Shown here in pieces: positions 48,958-58,910 of a stretch of 64,000 nt of DNA. Each line of letters begins with the position of its first letter. Position 1 is the first letter of the stretch. The stretch lies in IMG/VR virus record IMGVR_UViG_3300030104_006883, positions 121,928 to 185,927 of that record, one strand, 5' to 3'. Made by a program: the position numbers and the translations under genes. The notes under the pieces are model-generated. The model worked only from the letters and a program-made list of their open reading frames with translations, did no database searches and was not told the DNA's origin. The stretch is from a virus.

Positions 48958-50085
48958 TGCCAGACGAACGACCGCATATAAGGATACCGCTTCCACCACC
49001 TGAGTGGGAAAGGTATATAGAGGAAGAGCGGAAAAGAAAGAAGTGGGAAGATGGAGGAAAAACATCTCCGACAGGAAGTACTACTGGAAGCGTTATTATT
49101 ATTCAAATATGATTTTATTTTTTAAAAACTTTATTACCCGCTTAAAACTGATGAACTCAGTTTTTAGGGGCAGGCCAAAGGACGCCTTGTTGTTGGCTGA
49201 TACGCTTGTTGATGAGAAAGTGAAAGAAGAGAACAAGAGAGTTTATCCATTTTGCTCGATCACACAAAACAACAATTCTCTAGAAGAAAAATACTTTCGA
49301 AACAAGCAGGATGCAGAGAACAGCATGAATAAAAATTTGGCAGAATCGAAATGTTCATGGATGTTTGAAAGGAGGGTGTGATGCCACATATGCACGTATT
49401 AAGTCTTAAAGACAAATATCATAGAGATTTACTTATTGGAGAAAGTTGCGTCGCCATTATTGAAGGCCGCGCAGAGAATGCAGTTATAGTGGCTGCAAAG
49501 ATGTCACAGTGTTTAGTGAAGACCGAAAAGGGAGAAAAACACGTAGTACCCTGGTCTAAAATAATCAATGTAAAAAGGTCTTACTGATGGGAAGCGCCTC
49601 TAGAAAATTAAAAAGAAACCAGGAAAAAAAAGCCAAGAAAGATCTACAAAAAAAACTCGGCATGTTTGAAAAACTAGGAGACGAGTGTTTAGTTTGTAGC
49701 GCACCTTTCGATAAAAAATCCAAACAACAAGTTAAGGAATGGTTTGTGGTGGTCAGGAAAGAGCAGGGGGTTGTTAATTTATATTGCCCCCCTTGTTGGA
49801 AAAAAGGCCAGAAAATGATAGCCGATATTGCAAAGGATATTTCGGAGGGGAAAAATGGGATCTAAGGACACGATCTCCGCAGGAAAGGAACACCACCTGT
49901 TTCAGGATCGAAGAGATGGAGAGAGTATATTTCTTGAGGTAGAGAATATTGATTTCGAGGTAGACCCTGATCGAGTGGCCGTAAAAATACCACTTGACAT
50001 TTGGAATCAAATGGTAGATGATTACCGCATCAAACACAGCCGACCCTTCTTAGACGAAGATGGGCAGTTGGAATTAGATTTCTAA
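48957..50085 (+). CDS. Run of small hypothetical genes (48957-49112, ~49109-49381, 49378-49587, 49587-49865, ~49855-50085)
   Basis: Overlapping stop/start ORFs; 49587 has CxxC...CxxC. Confidence 0.5.
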
Positions 50086-50097
50086 TAGGAATATAAA

Positions 50098-50793
50098 GTG
50101 CAAATTGATTTATACGACGATGGTATCGGCAAAGTTGAACTTGTCCAAAGCATGGGCACTGATCTTACAATAGTCAATAGTGCTCGCGTTTCGTTTGGCA
50201 AGGAAAAAGAAAAACTTGACGATAAAGACAAGAAGCTTATAAAGTATCTAGTGGAGCATCGCCATACGTCGACTTTCGAACACAACCTCGCCACCTTCAG
50301 ATTTAAGGTGCCGTTGTTCATACGATCGCAGCATCATAGACACAGAACCTGGTCATATAATGAGATAAGTAGAAGGTACACTAGTTTTGATCTGGAGTTT
50401 TATCAGCCGAGCACGTTTAGAGCCCAACATAGCTCTAATCGACAGGCAAGTACAAGTGAGTTGGTTTGTCCCTTGATCAATATCTCCGGTTCACAGAGCC
50501 CACAGCCTGCGGACAAGCTACTGAGAGAGCACCATGAAAGGTCATTAGATCTATACAATAAAATGTTAGAAGCTGGCATATGCAGAGAACAGGCCAGAGG
50601 GCTGTTGCCACAAAATTTATATACGGAATATTACGGAACCACTAATCTGTCTAATCTGTTAAAATTTATTGACTTGCGCTTACATGAGGGTGCACAATGG
50701 GAGATACAGAGGGTGGCGGAGGCTTGCTTGGAGATAGCGACAGAACTGTGGCCCGTCTCAGTACAATCGTACAGAGACAACAAAGGAATATGA
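50098..50793 (+). CDS. thyX: Flavin-dependent thymidylate synthase
   Basis: IVNSARVS, HTSTFEH, QHHRHRTWSYNEISRRY, EQARGLLP. Confidence 0.95.
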   Translation: MQIDLYDDGIGKVELVQSMGTDLTIVNSARVSFGKEKEKLDDKDKKLIKYLVEHRHTSTFEHNLATFRFKVPLFIRSQHHRHRTWSYNEISRRYTSFDLEFYQPSTFRAQHSSNRQASTSELVCPLINISGSQSPQPADKLLREHHERSLDLYNKMLEAGICREQARGLLPQNLYTEYYGTTNLSNLLKFIDLRLHEGAQWEIQRVAEACLEIATELWPVSVQSYRDNKGI

Positions 50794-50827
50794 GAATACT
50801 CGCATATCATTATATAAGGAGAATAAA

Positions 50828-51817
50828 ATGATCGCAGATGTAATTGTCGACCTCCAGTATGGAGACTGTGGTAAAGGTAAAATTACTCATCACTTGTGTA
50901 AAGACAACCATTATACACACGTCCTGCGATATAATGGAGGATGCAACGCGGGTCATACTATATATCACAAGGGTAAGCGATTTATCACTCACCACATACC
51001 GGCGGGAGTGTTCTTCGGTGTGAAGTCAATTATTGGCTCCGGGTGCGTGGTGAACGTGGAACAATTTTTTAATGAGTTGGAGGAGCTAAACAATGGAGGA
51101 ATCGACACGCAAGGCTTGGTATACATTGCCGCTAACGCTCATGTTATCACTAATGAGCATTTGGAAGAAGAGACGAGAGAGCAAAAAATTGGCACCACCA
51201 AGAGGGGTAACGGACCTGCGTACAGAGACAAATACGCACGGACTGGAGTTCAGGCTAAGGATGTTCCCGAGCTAGAGCCTTTCTTAATAGATCTTTACGA
51301 AGAGTTTCACGAAAACGACGCTTCTCCTATTATTTTATGTGAAGGCGCTCAGGGATTTGGCCTTGATATTGATCATGGAGACTACCCGTATGTGACTTCA
51401 AGCCACTGTACAACCGCAGGGGCGCTGTTAAACGCCATTCCACCGTCCTGGGTTAGAGACGTTTGGGGCGTTGCCAAAATATATGAAACCTATGTTGGCA
51501 GTAAGCAATTTGAACCAGACGAGCCTGTCTTCTCTAGGCTTCGAGAGATAGGGGAAGAGTATGGTGCGACAACGGGTCGACCACGACAATGTAATTGGGC
51601 CGACATGTCGTTGATTGAGAGGGCTAGCAAGATCAATGGTGTGACAAAGTTGGTTTTTAATAAAGTTGATATTCTTAGAGAACTTGGAGAGTGGAACCTA
51701 ATTATTAATGGAGAGGCTGTTAACTTTGAAGACGAGGAGAGCACAAGAAACTATATCTTGAAGCGTCTACAAAACAACATGGAGATTTATTTTTCTGACT
51801 CGCCGCACAGGATATAA
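50828..51817 (+). CDS. purA: Adenylosuccinate synthetase (short form)
   Basis: QYGDCGKGK (Asp retained), GGCNAGHT, EGAQG, YPYVTSS, GATTGRPR. Confidence 0.92.
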   Translation: MIADVIVDLQYGDCGKGKITHHLCKDNHYTHVLRYNGGCNAGHTIYHKGKRFITHHIPAGVFFGVKSIIGSGCVVNVEQFFNELEELNNGGIDTQGLVYIAANAHVITNEHLEEETREQKIGTTKRGNGPAYRDKYARTGVQAKDVPELEPFLIDLYEEFHENDASPIILCEGAQGFGLDIDHGDYPYVTSSHCTTAGALLNAIPPSWVRDVWGVAKIYETYVGSKQFEPDEPVFSRLREIGEEYGATTGRPRQCNWADMSLIERASKINGVTKLVFNKVDILRELGEWNLIINGEAVNFEDEESTRNYILKRLQNNMEIYFSDSPHRI

Positions 51818-52107
51818 GGAGGTCGCAATGAGCAAGAGGGGGGATGAAAGAAGAAAAAAGCTCATTCAAGAAGCAGAGGGCAAGATAGACCAAATAAAAA
51901 ATGGCCACGCTTTTCATGTGGATAAAGAAGTTATCAGAGTTTTAAAGCTGTTGATACTTGAATTGAAAACTGCAAATATGGAAAGCTCTTCCTTCAAAAA
52001 ATTATTGGTAGAGAGCAGGTTGACCGCCGCTAAAAATAAAAATAAGATTGAAGTTCTAGATTATGAAAATAAAAAACTTTTAAAAGAATTAGAGGCGATG
52101 AGGACCA

Positions 52108-52344
52108 TTGAAAGAAGAAATAAAAAAAGGTGACTTAGTTCTTTGGAGGAGTGACGATCAGTTCGACCTAGTTGCAGGTCCGCCTCGCGACAACGCAGAA
52201 CAACTGGGTATCGTAGTCGAGACTAGAATGCTAGAGAATGCCAAGGGAGAGCTTGCAATAAGAGGAGTCTTGGTGAGATGGCCGGAATATGACACTGACT
52301 TTTGGACTCCAGTTGAGATGTTACAGGTTATAAGTGAATCATGA
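52108..52344 (+). CDS. 'VGDLV' SH3/KOW-like family protein
   Basis: IKKGDLVLW..GIVV..VRW; upstream gene stops inside its GGT-GAC. Confidence 0.65.
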   Translation: MKEEIKKGDLVLWRSDDQFDLVAGPPRDNAEQLGIVVETRMLENAKGELAIRGVLVRWPEYDTDFWTPVEMLQVISES

Positions 52345-52399
52345 TAAAGTGGAACAAACGTTTTCGTGCTACTAATTAAGTTTCATGGAGGCGTAGCAG

Positions 52400-52576
52400 A
52401 TGCATTTCACAGCAATAGAAATAGAGAAATATGAGAGAGGAGACTTGTCTTTTGAAAAGACAGTGGACTTGTTCCAAAGGATAGTCGATTCTGGGATGTT
52501 GTGGAGATTTGACAACGGGATACACGTTGACATCAACAAGCTAATTGACAGAGGCTATGTTTTAGCTAGATATTGA
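52400..52576 (+). CDS. 58-aa hypothetical protein (not in ORF track)
   Basis: GGAGG SD; MHFTAIEIEKYERGDLSFEKTVDLFQRIVDSGMLW. Confidence 0.65.
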   Translation: MHFTAIEIEKYERGDLSFEKTVDLFQRIVDSGMLWRFDNGIHVDINKLIDRGYVLARY

Positions 52577-52605
52577 AAATTGTTTTTTGGTCTATTTATT
52601 TATAG

Positions 52606-53152
52606 ATGAACCTTTATTATATTTATCAAGACGAAAATACTGGTGAAGGCACCTATCATGCTGCTGTTGTCGCCGCTGAAACCAAAGAAGAGGCTCGCTC
52701 AATTCATCCGGCTGGGAACTGGGACAGGGTGGACATGTGGTGTTATTCGGAGGAAGAGGTAGGTGTAAGGCTAATAGGCAAGGCAGCAAAGCCGGTCGCA
52801 AGCGGTGTCGTTTTGGCAAGCAATTCTTAATTTGGAATAATGGTATATTTTTTACTATTTAAAATAAATTGGTTTCCTTGCGCTTTTGAAAATGCAAGTG
52901 GTACGATGGGAAGGCGGACCCCCATCATTTTTTTACAAACCCTATTGTGGGGCTATTATTCGACGTGTAGTCAAAGGGGAATACATGGTAAAGGTTTATG
53001 AACCTAACAAGTCTGAGAAGGCTATTGATGTTATATTAACTGAATTGTATCTTTTACGAAGTGCAATTGAGAATGAAAAAAAAGATAAGTTAGAGGCGCG
53101 TATAAAAAAAATTCGTGCAATGCTGATTAAAATAAAAGATGACCTTGACTAG
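52606..53152 (+). CDS. Two hypothetical genes (52606-52830, 52886-53152), each preceded by a CTATTTA motif
   Basis: ORF track plus motif. Confidence 0.5.
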
Positions 53153-53168
53153 TCAATAACAAGATTAA

Positions 53169-53720
53169 ATGTCCCTGCATGGTATTTACTACATGGGGAA
53201 GAAATATAAATGTTCTTATTGTTTAGAGAAGGGCCACAATGTAAGAGGATGTGCCTCGTACAAGAATGACATAATTATAGCGGCCAGCAGAACGTTGGAG
53301 TTGAGAAAAGAACTTGTGGTGGCATGCGAAAGACAAGGGTTTGGTGTCGGGTGCATAGTTTCAGTGAACATGCGCTTGTGGGACAACAATTTGCATGAAT
53401 ATATAAACGTTGATACCATCGGAACTGTTGAGGAGATATATTGGAAATATCTCTTCTGGAAAAACCTTTCCGGAGATCGAAGTATAAACGGTGCGGTAAA
53501 GATTTCTTTCACGCATCCGAGCGCTGACGCGAGAGTTTATGTGACAACGGCCCTGCCCCCCAGCATCCAGAAAGAGATGAGGATTGACAGCACATTTGCT
53601 AAAAGGTCCATATTGAAAATAGTAGGCAAGTCAGACCATTTGTCGCTACCGGAATCTTTTTTAGACTTTGAGGAGATCAAGAAAGAAGTAGAAAGAAGAC
53701 ACAGGTTCAACGTGGAATAA
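53169..53720 (+). CDS. CCHC zinc-knuckle protein with SH3-like C-terminal part
   Basis: CSYCLEKGHNVRGC = CX2CX4HX4C; FGVGCIVSV. Confidence 0.7.
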   Translation: MSLHGIYYMGKKYKCSYCLEKGHNVRGCASYKNDIIIAASRTLELRKELVVACERQGFGVGCIVSVNMRLWDNNLHEYINVDTIGTVEEIYWKYLFWKNLSGDRSINGAVKISFTHPSADARVYVTTALPPSIQKEMRIDSTFAKRSILKIVGKSDHLSLPESFLDFEEIKKEVERRHRFNVE

Positions 53721-54016
53721 TTTTCTTGATTTTTCCAAAAAAGGAATTATTATTGTTACAGGAGGAAACGTATGTTTGATTTTGTAGACGATCCGTTTTC
53801 GGATTCTGTTGATCACGGTTCATTTAAAAATTTATATTTGGAAGATTATGAGCACATGCTAGAGAAGGCTGAAGCGGCTAATGAAATCGCTGCGGAGTAT
53901 CGCATGGCAGGACACCATCTCGCTGCCGAGGAGCAAACAAAAAAGGCCGTTGCCTTTAGAAATTGTGCCGAAAGTATTTTGGCGGTTGCTGCCACCATAC
54001 CTATGGCTGACGCGTA

Positions 54017-54217
54017 ATGATAAAGAAGGGTTCTTTAGTTAGGGTATCCTATTATTATCACGAGCATGTTACTCTAGGAATCGTTGTAGGTGACACGACC
54101 GAGGACTATTCAACTAGTGAGCCTCGCTGCCTTGTCCACTGGTTCTACAATGGAGAAACTAAAGAAATGTTAGAGAAGTACGTCGCTGTTGTTTCGGAGC
54201 CACCAGATGATAATTAA
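54017..54217 (+). CDS. 'VGDLV' SH3/KOW-like family protein
   Basis: MIKKGSLVRV..GIVV..LVHW. Confidence 0.65.
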   Translation: MIKKGSLVRVSYYYHEHVTLGIVVGDTTEDYSTSEPRCLVHWFYNGETKEMLEKYVAVVSEPPDDN

Positions 54218-54418
54218 GCACTTTCATGAACACGAATTGCTGAGCGCCTACAAAGCAGGCTCTAGTTCCGATAAAAAATATTATCAAAAATTAAAAAAGA
54301 AAAGACGACAAGAAAAGCTTGATCTTGGACCCGCTGCGATTATAAACATAGCAGGCCAAAAAAAAGAGGAACTGTTTATCTACGACAGGTTTGGCAAGAA
54401 GAAAAAGTTTTAGGAGAC

Positions 54419-54937
54419 TTGATTATGAATATCTTTGCGATTGAGAAAGATAACAGCGGACAGATTGATTGGATAAAATCGGCAGAATCTCAGGACAACT
54501 ACAGAGTTGTTAAAATGATTTTGGAATCTTGTCAGATACTATCAACTGTTCTTAATGAGCAGGGAGTGCAAGCACCATATAAATCATTTAATCCTAAGCA
54601 TCCATCTTGTCTCTGGGCTGCGGAGTCTAGCGACAACTTTGAGAATCTAGTGATGCACTGTTACGCTTTGATTGGGGAATATTCGGAGCGCTTTGGTAAA
54701 GATCATAAGTGCATTAGCGTATTGGAGAAGATTGTTTTACTCTATGACCCGAGCAGGTTCCCGACTCAAGATGCGACACCGCTCAAGATGGCGATGCCGG
54801 ATGAATTTAAGAGCGATGATATTGTCGAATCGTATAGAAAATATTATGCGAGCAAGACGAGAATGAGGTACCCATCTGATAAAGTGCCCAAGTGGTTTAT
54901 TACTTATCGCGGCAATGAACCATTTGTTGTAGTTTAA
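54419..54937 (+). CDS. Pyrimidine-dimer DNA glycosylase (DenV/PDG-like)
   Basis: MNIF, VVKMILESCQIL, HPSCLWA, AMPDEFK..VESYRKYY. Confidence 0.75.
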   Translation: MIMNIFAIEKDNSGQIDWIKSAESQDNYRVVKMILESCQILSTVLNEQGVQAPYKSFNPKHPSCLWAAESSDNFENLVMHCYALIGEYSERFGKDHKCISVLEKIVLLYDPSRFPTQDATPLKMAMPDEFKSDDIVESYRKYYASKTRMRYPSDKVPKWFITYRGNEPFVVV

Positions 54938-54973
54938 GCTTTACTAAATTATAAAAGGTGTTATAATATAGGT

Positions 54974-55264
54974 ATGACTGGATCACTTATAAGCTACAGA
55001 TGCGGAGGAAGTTTCTCCATGGGGGTGGTGATTGACTCATTTATCTTGGACATACCTGGATATAAGGGGTTGATGGCTGACGGGGACACTATAATTTCTG
55101 TTGGTTGGCTTACCGACAAGAGCGAAAAGAATCGTCGCCCAAAGCCGCTTTACCTGATGCAGATGGGGGACAGAAATAAGCTTGAGGAAGCACGAAATAG
55201 GATGAACAGAAATCGTAAGTTTTGGTACAACCTAAAGTGGTTTAACATGGAAAATATTGTGTAA
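54974..55264 (+). CDS. SH3-like family protein, apparently leaderless
   Basis: MTGSLISY..GVVI..VGW; ATG 6 nt after TATAAT. Confidence 0.55.
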   Translation: MTGSLISYRCGGSFSMGVVIDSFILDIPGYKGLMADGDTIISVGWLTDKSEKNRRPKPLYLMQMGDRNKLEEARNRMNRNRKFWYNLKWFNMENIV

Positions 55265-55285
55265 AAGGAGTCGGCGCTATGCCTA

Positions 55286-55642
55286 GTGTATTACGAAGCT
55301 CGTGAAAGAGCATTGAGCAACGGAAGAGTTTATCATCTGGTCGCGATACTGAAGCGCGGAAGAAAAGTTGTTAAGATTGGTGAAAATACGTGCAAAACTC
55401 ATCCAAGGTTCAAAAGAACATATCCTGATGGAACCACCGGCAGTCACATGCACGCGGAAATGAATGTCCTCCGCTTTGCCAAACCAGGGGACACCATCGA
55501 AGTCATGAGATTTTTAAAGACCGGAGGGATGGCGATGGCCAAGCCCTGTGAGCACTGTATGAAGCACATTCGACGGGCCGGTATAAAAAAAGTTCGTTAT
55601 ACGAACGAAGAGGGCGATTGGGAAACTATGAGGATTGAATAG
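55286..55642 (+). CDS. Zinc-dependent cytidine/dCMP deaminase-fold protein
   Basis: HAE and KPCEHC motifs, GIKKVRY. Confidence 0.85.
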   Translation: MYYEARERALSNGRVYHLVAILKRGRKVVKIGENTCKTHPRFKRTYPDGTTGSHMHAEMNVLRFAKPGDTIEVMRFLKTGGMAMAKPCEHCMKHIRRAGIKKVRYTNEEGDWETMRIE

Positions 55643-55728
55643 TGCTTATTCATGATAGAAAAACTTATGAAGAGTTTAGAGATGTGATTATAAACTTATT
55701 GACTTTATTCCGGAGGAGGTTTTAGGCC

Positions 55729-55947
55729 GTGAAAACTAAAAGACCCGAAAAGGGAGATTTAATAATTACTCGCAAGGGGGAATTTGGTATTCTCGTAGAA
55801 AGGGACCAGCACCAAGGTTCTTACTTCTGGAGAGTTGCTTTTACTGGAAAACAGCCCTGGAATTATGGGCATGAGTATGGGTGGCTAGAGACAAACATCC
55901 TAAACCGTGCTTATGGCAAACTTTGGAGGGCAAATGCTGGAGTCTGA
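55729..55947 (+). CDS. 'VGDLV' family protein
   Basis: EKGDLII..GILV..VAF. Confidence 0.6.
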   Translation: MKTKRPEKGDLIITRKGEFGILVERDQHQGSYFWRVAFTGKQPWNYGHEYGWLETNILNRAYGKLWRANAGV

Positions 55948-56105
55948 GATGGCGCTCAAGGCACCTTATTTTGAGCTATGGATGCTGCTAGAGCTTTGTC
56001 ATGTTATGACATTTTCTCTTATATTCTCTATAGTTGCAAATTATTTTATTTCTTCTCTTGACTCAAGAAAAGTCCGTGATTATAATCGAGCAAAGGAGAA
56101 GAGCG

Positions 56106-56300
56106 GTGAAAAAAGGTGATTTGATTTTATTTTGCGATCCTACGGGATCTTCGCCACCGGAGCCTGGTATCGTGATAGATGTAGACACGGAACCCCTCGA
56201 AGGCGACCCTAACTGCCTCGGATTGGTTTATGTAAATTTTGAAGACGGTGACTTTTGGGTAGACATGGACGATTGTAAAATTTTGAACGAGGAGTGGTAA
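56106..56300 (+). CDS. 'VGDLV' family protein
   Basis: GTG start, MKKGDLILF..GIVI..VNF; TTGACT-N17-TATAAT at 56058-56086. Confidence 0.65.
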   Translation: MKKGDLILFCDPTGSSPPEPGIVIDVDTEPLEGDPNCLGLVYVNFEDGDFWVDMDDCKILNEEW

Positions 56301-56301
56301 A

Positions 56302-56502
56302 ATTAAGAAAGGAGACTTGGTAGTTTTGTCTGCCTACGCCAGAGGCCTAAAGTGGCTTAGCGGCTCCTACGCAGGAAAAATAGGAGTTGTTGCCGGTATT
56401 GGCGAGTGTTCTTTTAAAAATAACGCCATGGAATACTGGGTAATTTTTACTGATGGCGAGGAAGAAAGATTTCTAAGAAAAGAGCTAAAAATAGCAAAAT
56501 AA
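56302..56502 (+). CDS. 'VGDLV' family protein with non-canonical start
   Basis: IKKGDLVVL..GVV..VIF..ELKI; ATT at 56302 lies 7 nt after GGAG. Confidence 0.5.
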   Translation: MKKGDLVVLSAYARGLKWLSGSYAGKIGVVAGIGECSFKNNAMEYWVIFTDGEEERFLRKELKIAK

Positions 56503-56530
56503 TTTTATTTTTTGAAAAGGGGGTTATAAC

Positions 56531-56800
56531 ATGGGTGTGGTTAAAGAATATTATAATTTGAGAGTCGGGGACATGTTTGAGACAAACTCTGGATTTGGCT
56601 TGATAACCAAGGTAACTTCTAAAAAATATTATTACAAAGTTGTTTCGAGCGAGCAAGCAATCAAAGGAGATTCTTACCCTATCGATAAGGATCGCTTCTG
56701 GGATATTTTTGTGGATGAAGATAAAGAAAAGGTGACAATCCACTATTCTCCTGATATGAAGTACAGAAGAAAAAAACTAATTTATGAAGTGCAAAATTAA
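56531..56800 (+). CDS. 'VGDLV' family protein
   Basis: LRVGDMF..GLITKV. Confidence 0.55.
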   Translation: MGVVKEYYNLRVGDMFETNSGFGLITKVTSKKYYYKVVSSEQAIKGDSYPIDKDRFWDIFVDEDKEKVTIHYSPDMKYRRKKLIYEVQN

Positions 56801-57113
56801 AAAATGTAAAAATGAACGTGCCCCTGGGAGGGCTACCTGTTATACGTGCAAGAATTTAATTTATAGGTACGGGATAACCGGCCCGGAGAGATCCCAGATA
56901 TTGAAAGAGCAAAACAACTCTTGTCGTATTTGTAGTAGAAAAATAAAATTTACTGGTAAGAATGACGGCATAGCCTCCCTAGATCACTGCCACAAAACGG
57001 GAAAGGTTAGGGGAGTGCTCTGTGGAAAGTGTAATACTTGGGTTGGGTATTATGAAAACAATAAGATTGATTTAGAGATAGTTAAAAATTATATTGGAGG
57101 TGAAGATGAATAA
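56784..57113 (+). CDS. Endonuclease VII-type HNH nuclease
   Basis: CRIC..LDHCHKTGKVRGVLCGKCN. Confidence 0.88.
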   Translation: MKCKIKKCKNERAPGRATCYTCKNLIYRYGITGPERSQILKEQNNSCRICSRKIKFTGKNDGIASLDHCHKTGKVRGVLCGKCNTWVGYYENNKIDLEIVKNYIGGEDE

Positions 57114-57213
57114 GTTTACTAGCGCCGAGCGTGACGGGGAGTTTATTTTTAAAGTCTTGTCTTGCGGCGGCATTTTGTCTGTAGTTTGTTATCTATTTTT
57201 GATTTGATTATGC

Positions 57214-57289
57214 GCGCCCATAGCTCAACCGGAAGAGCAACAGCCTTCTAAGCTGTAGGTTGGAGGTTCGAGTCCTCCTGGGCGTACCA
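57214..57289 (+). tRNA. tRNA-Arg(TCT)
   Basis: Cloverleaf; ACAGC-cttctaa-GCTGT arm; GGTTCGAGTCC; encoded CCA. Confidence 0.95.
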
Positions 57290-57322
57290 TTTTCTTTACT
57301 TTTGAAGAGAGGGGATTATCAT

Positions 57323-57574
<252 letters not shown>

Positions 57575-57619
57575 TACCGATTCGTCTTTCTCCTACTATT
57601 TATAGGAGGGGGATATAAT

Positions 57620-58402
57620 GTGGCAGGCTCAAGTTTTGGCGACAACACGAGTATTTCGGGTAGTTTAATTGTATCGGGCACTATCGCTCTCGGAGACGGC
57701 GACGATAATGTTTCTTTAGACGGAACTACTCTTGCCATAGACTCTTCCAATAACCGCGTTGGGATAGGCACGAGCAGCCCGGTCTACAAATTGCATGTCA
57801 ATGCATCGGCGGCAGATACTACAAGTCAAATAACGTCCTATTTCCGATCGGCAGACACAGATTACTCTAGGATTGCGGTTGACTCGACAAGCAACGCGGA
57901 TACACAAATATCTTTTATGAACAATGGTTCTACAAAGTGGAGCATCGGCAACGAAGCTGCGGCTGATTCTTTTCACGTCACAACCGGCTTTGGACCTTTC
58001 GACACAGACAACCCGCTAGTGATATCCAGCGACGGAGATACAACTTTAGCTGGCAACACTTCATTAGACGGTGGTTACGTTCTTGGTAATGAATCATTAA
58101 CTGCTTCTGACACCGGAGGCAACGCAAGCGTAACAAAGACGCTCAGCCTTTTGACCAACATGGGGGGCAACCTAGCTTTAACTTTGGGAAACGCAGCCAA
58201 CACTGGACAAGTAAAAAAATTATTATGCACCGGATACAATGGATCGAATTCTTTAGTTGTTACGGTTAACAGTGCGTCTTGGACAGGTGGATCATCCGGT
58301 ACAATAACTTTTTCTACTGCTGCGAGCTTTGTTCATCTGGTTTGGGCAAATTCTGTGTGGTGGGTTCTCGGAGCCTCCGCGTCGGGTGTTTCTTTTGGAT
58401 AA
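57620..58402 (+). CDS. Tail-fibre-like/virion beta-repeat protein inside the tRNA array
   Basis: NRVGIGTSSPVYKLHV motif, WSIGN, Gly/Ser/Thr-rich; ACTATTTA and AGGAGG upstream. Confidence 0.7.
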   Translation: MAGSSFGDNTSISGSLIVSGTIALGDGDDNVSLDGTTLAIDSSNNRVGIGTSSPVYKLHVNASAADTTSQITSYFRSADTDYSRIAVDSTSNADTQISFMNNGSTKWSIGNEAAADSFHVTTGFGPFDTDNPLVISSDGDTTLAGNTSLDGGYVLGNESLTASDTGGNASVTKTLSLLTNMGGNLALTLGNAANTGQVKKLLCTGYNGSNSLVVTVNSASWTGGSSGTITFSTAASFVHLVWANSVWWVLGASASGVSFG

Positions 58403-58450
58403 ATAAAAGCTTTACTTTTTCAAATTAGTGTTTATAGTGTATTCGTAAAT

Positions 58451-58536
58451 GGCCTTGTGGCGGAATTGGTAGACGCAGCAGACTCAAAATCTGCCGTCCT
58501 TTGGGCGTGAGGGTTCGAGTCCCTCCGAGGCCACCA
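58451..58536 (+). tRNA. tRNA-Leu(CAA)
   Basis: GCAGA-ctcaaaa-TCTGC arm, long variable arm, CCA. Confidence 0.95.
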
Positions 58537-58541
58537 TATAC

Positions 58542-58618
58542 GGACCTTTAGCTCAGTTGGTTAGAGCCCCCCGCTCATAACGGGGTAGTCCTCGGTTCGA
58601 GTCCGAGAGGGTCCACCA
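58542..58618 (+). tRNA. tRNA with CAT anticodon, most likely Ile2 (lysidine)
   Basis: GGACCTTTAGCTCAGTTGGTTAGAGC 5' end like Firmicute tRNA-Ile2; CCCCG-ctcataa-CGGGG; CCA; not initiator (G1-C72 paired). Confidence 0.85.
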
Positions 58619-58661
58619 AAATATAACTTGATATTTTTCTTTAGGGGGTTAAAATATTAAC

Positions 58662-58910
58662 ATGGAAAACAAAAAGAAATATCAAGTTGGTGATTTGGTG
58701 ATTTGCAGGTTCCAACCGGGAGCCCAGAATTATGATTCTAGGCACGGGTTTATCCCCATGCATCATACTATTAAAGATGAAATTGGTATTGTTGTGGGCC
58801 ACAGAGAGAGCGGGCTTAAAGGTGGTTCCGCTGACTACCGTGTAAATTTCCCGCAGTTTAGCGGATATGTCCATATTCTCGCGGCGTCTGCGCTGGAGCC
58901 CATGGAATGA
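58662..58910 (+). CDS. 'VGDLV' family protein, apparently leaderless
   Basis: YQVGDLVIC..GIVV..VNF..ALEPM; ATG 6 nt after TAAAAT. Confidence 0.7.
   Translation: MENKKKYQVGDLVICRFQPGAQNYDSRHGFIPMHHTIKDEIGIVVGHRESGLKGGSADYRVNFPQFSGYVHILAASALEPME

Noticed and set aside
50828-51817. PurZ (diaminopurine/Z-genome system), suggested by PurA homologue plus family-A polymerase plus DUF3310
   Set aside because: The protein keeps the PurA catalytic Asp (QYGDCGKG, not GSTGKG) and the GATTGR substrate loop; no DatZ- or MazZ-like gene recognised in the window.
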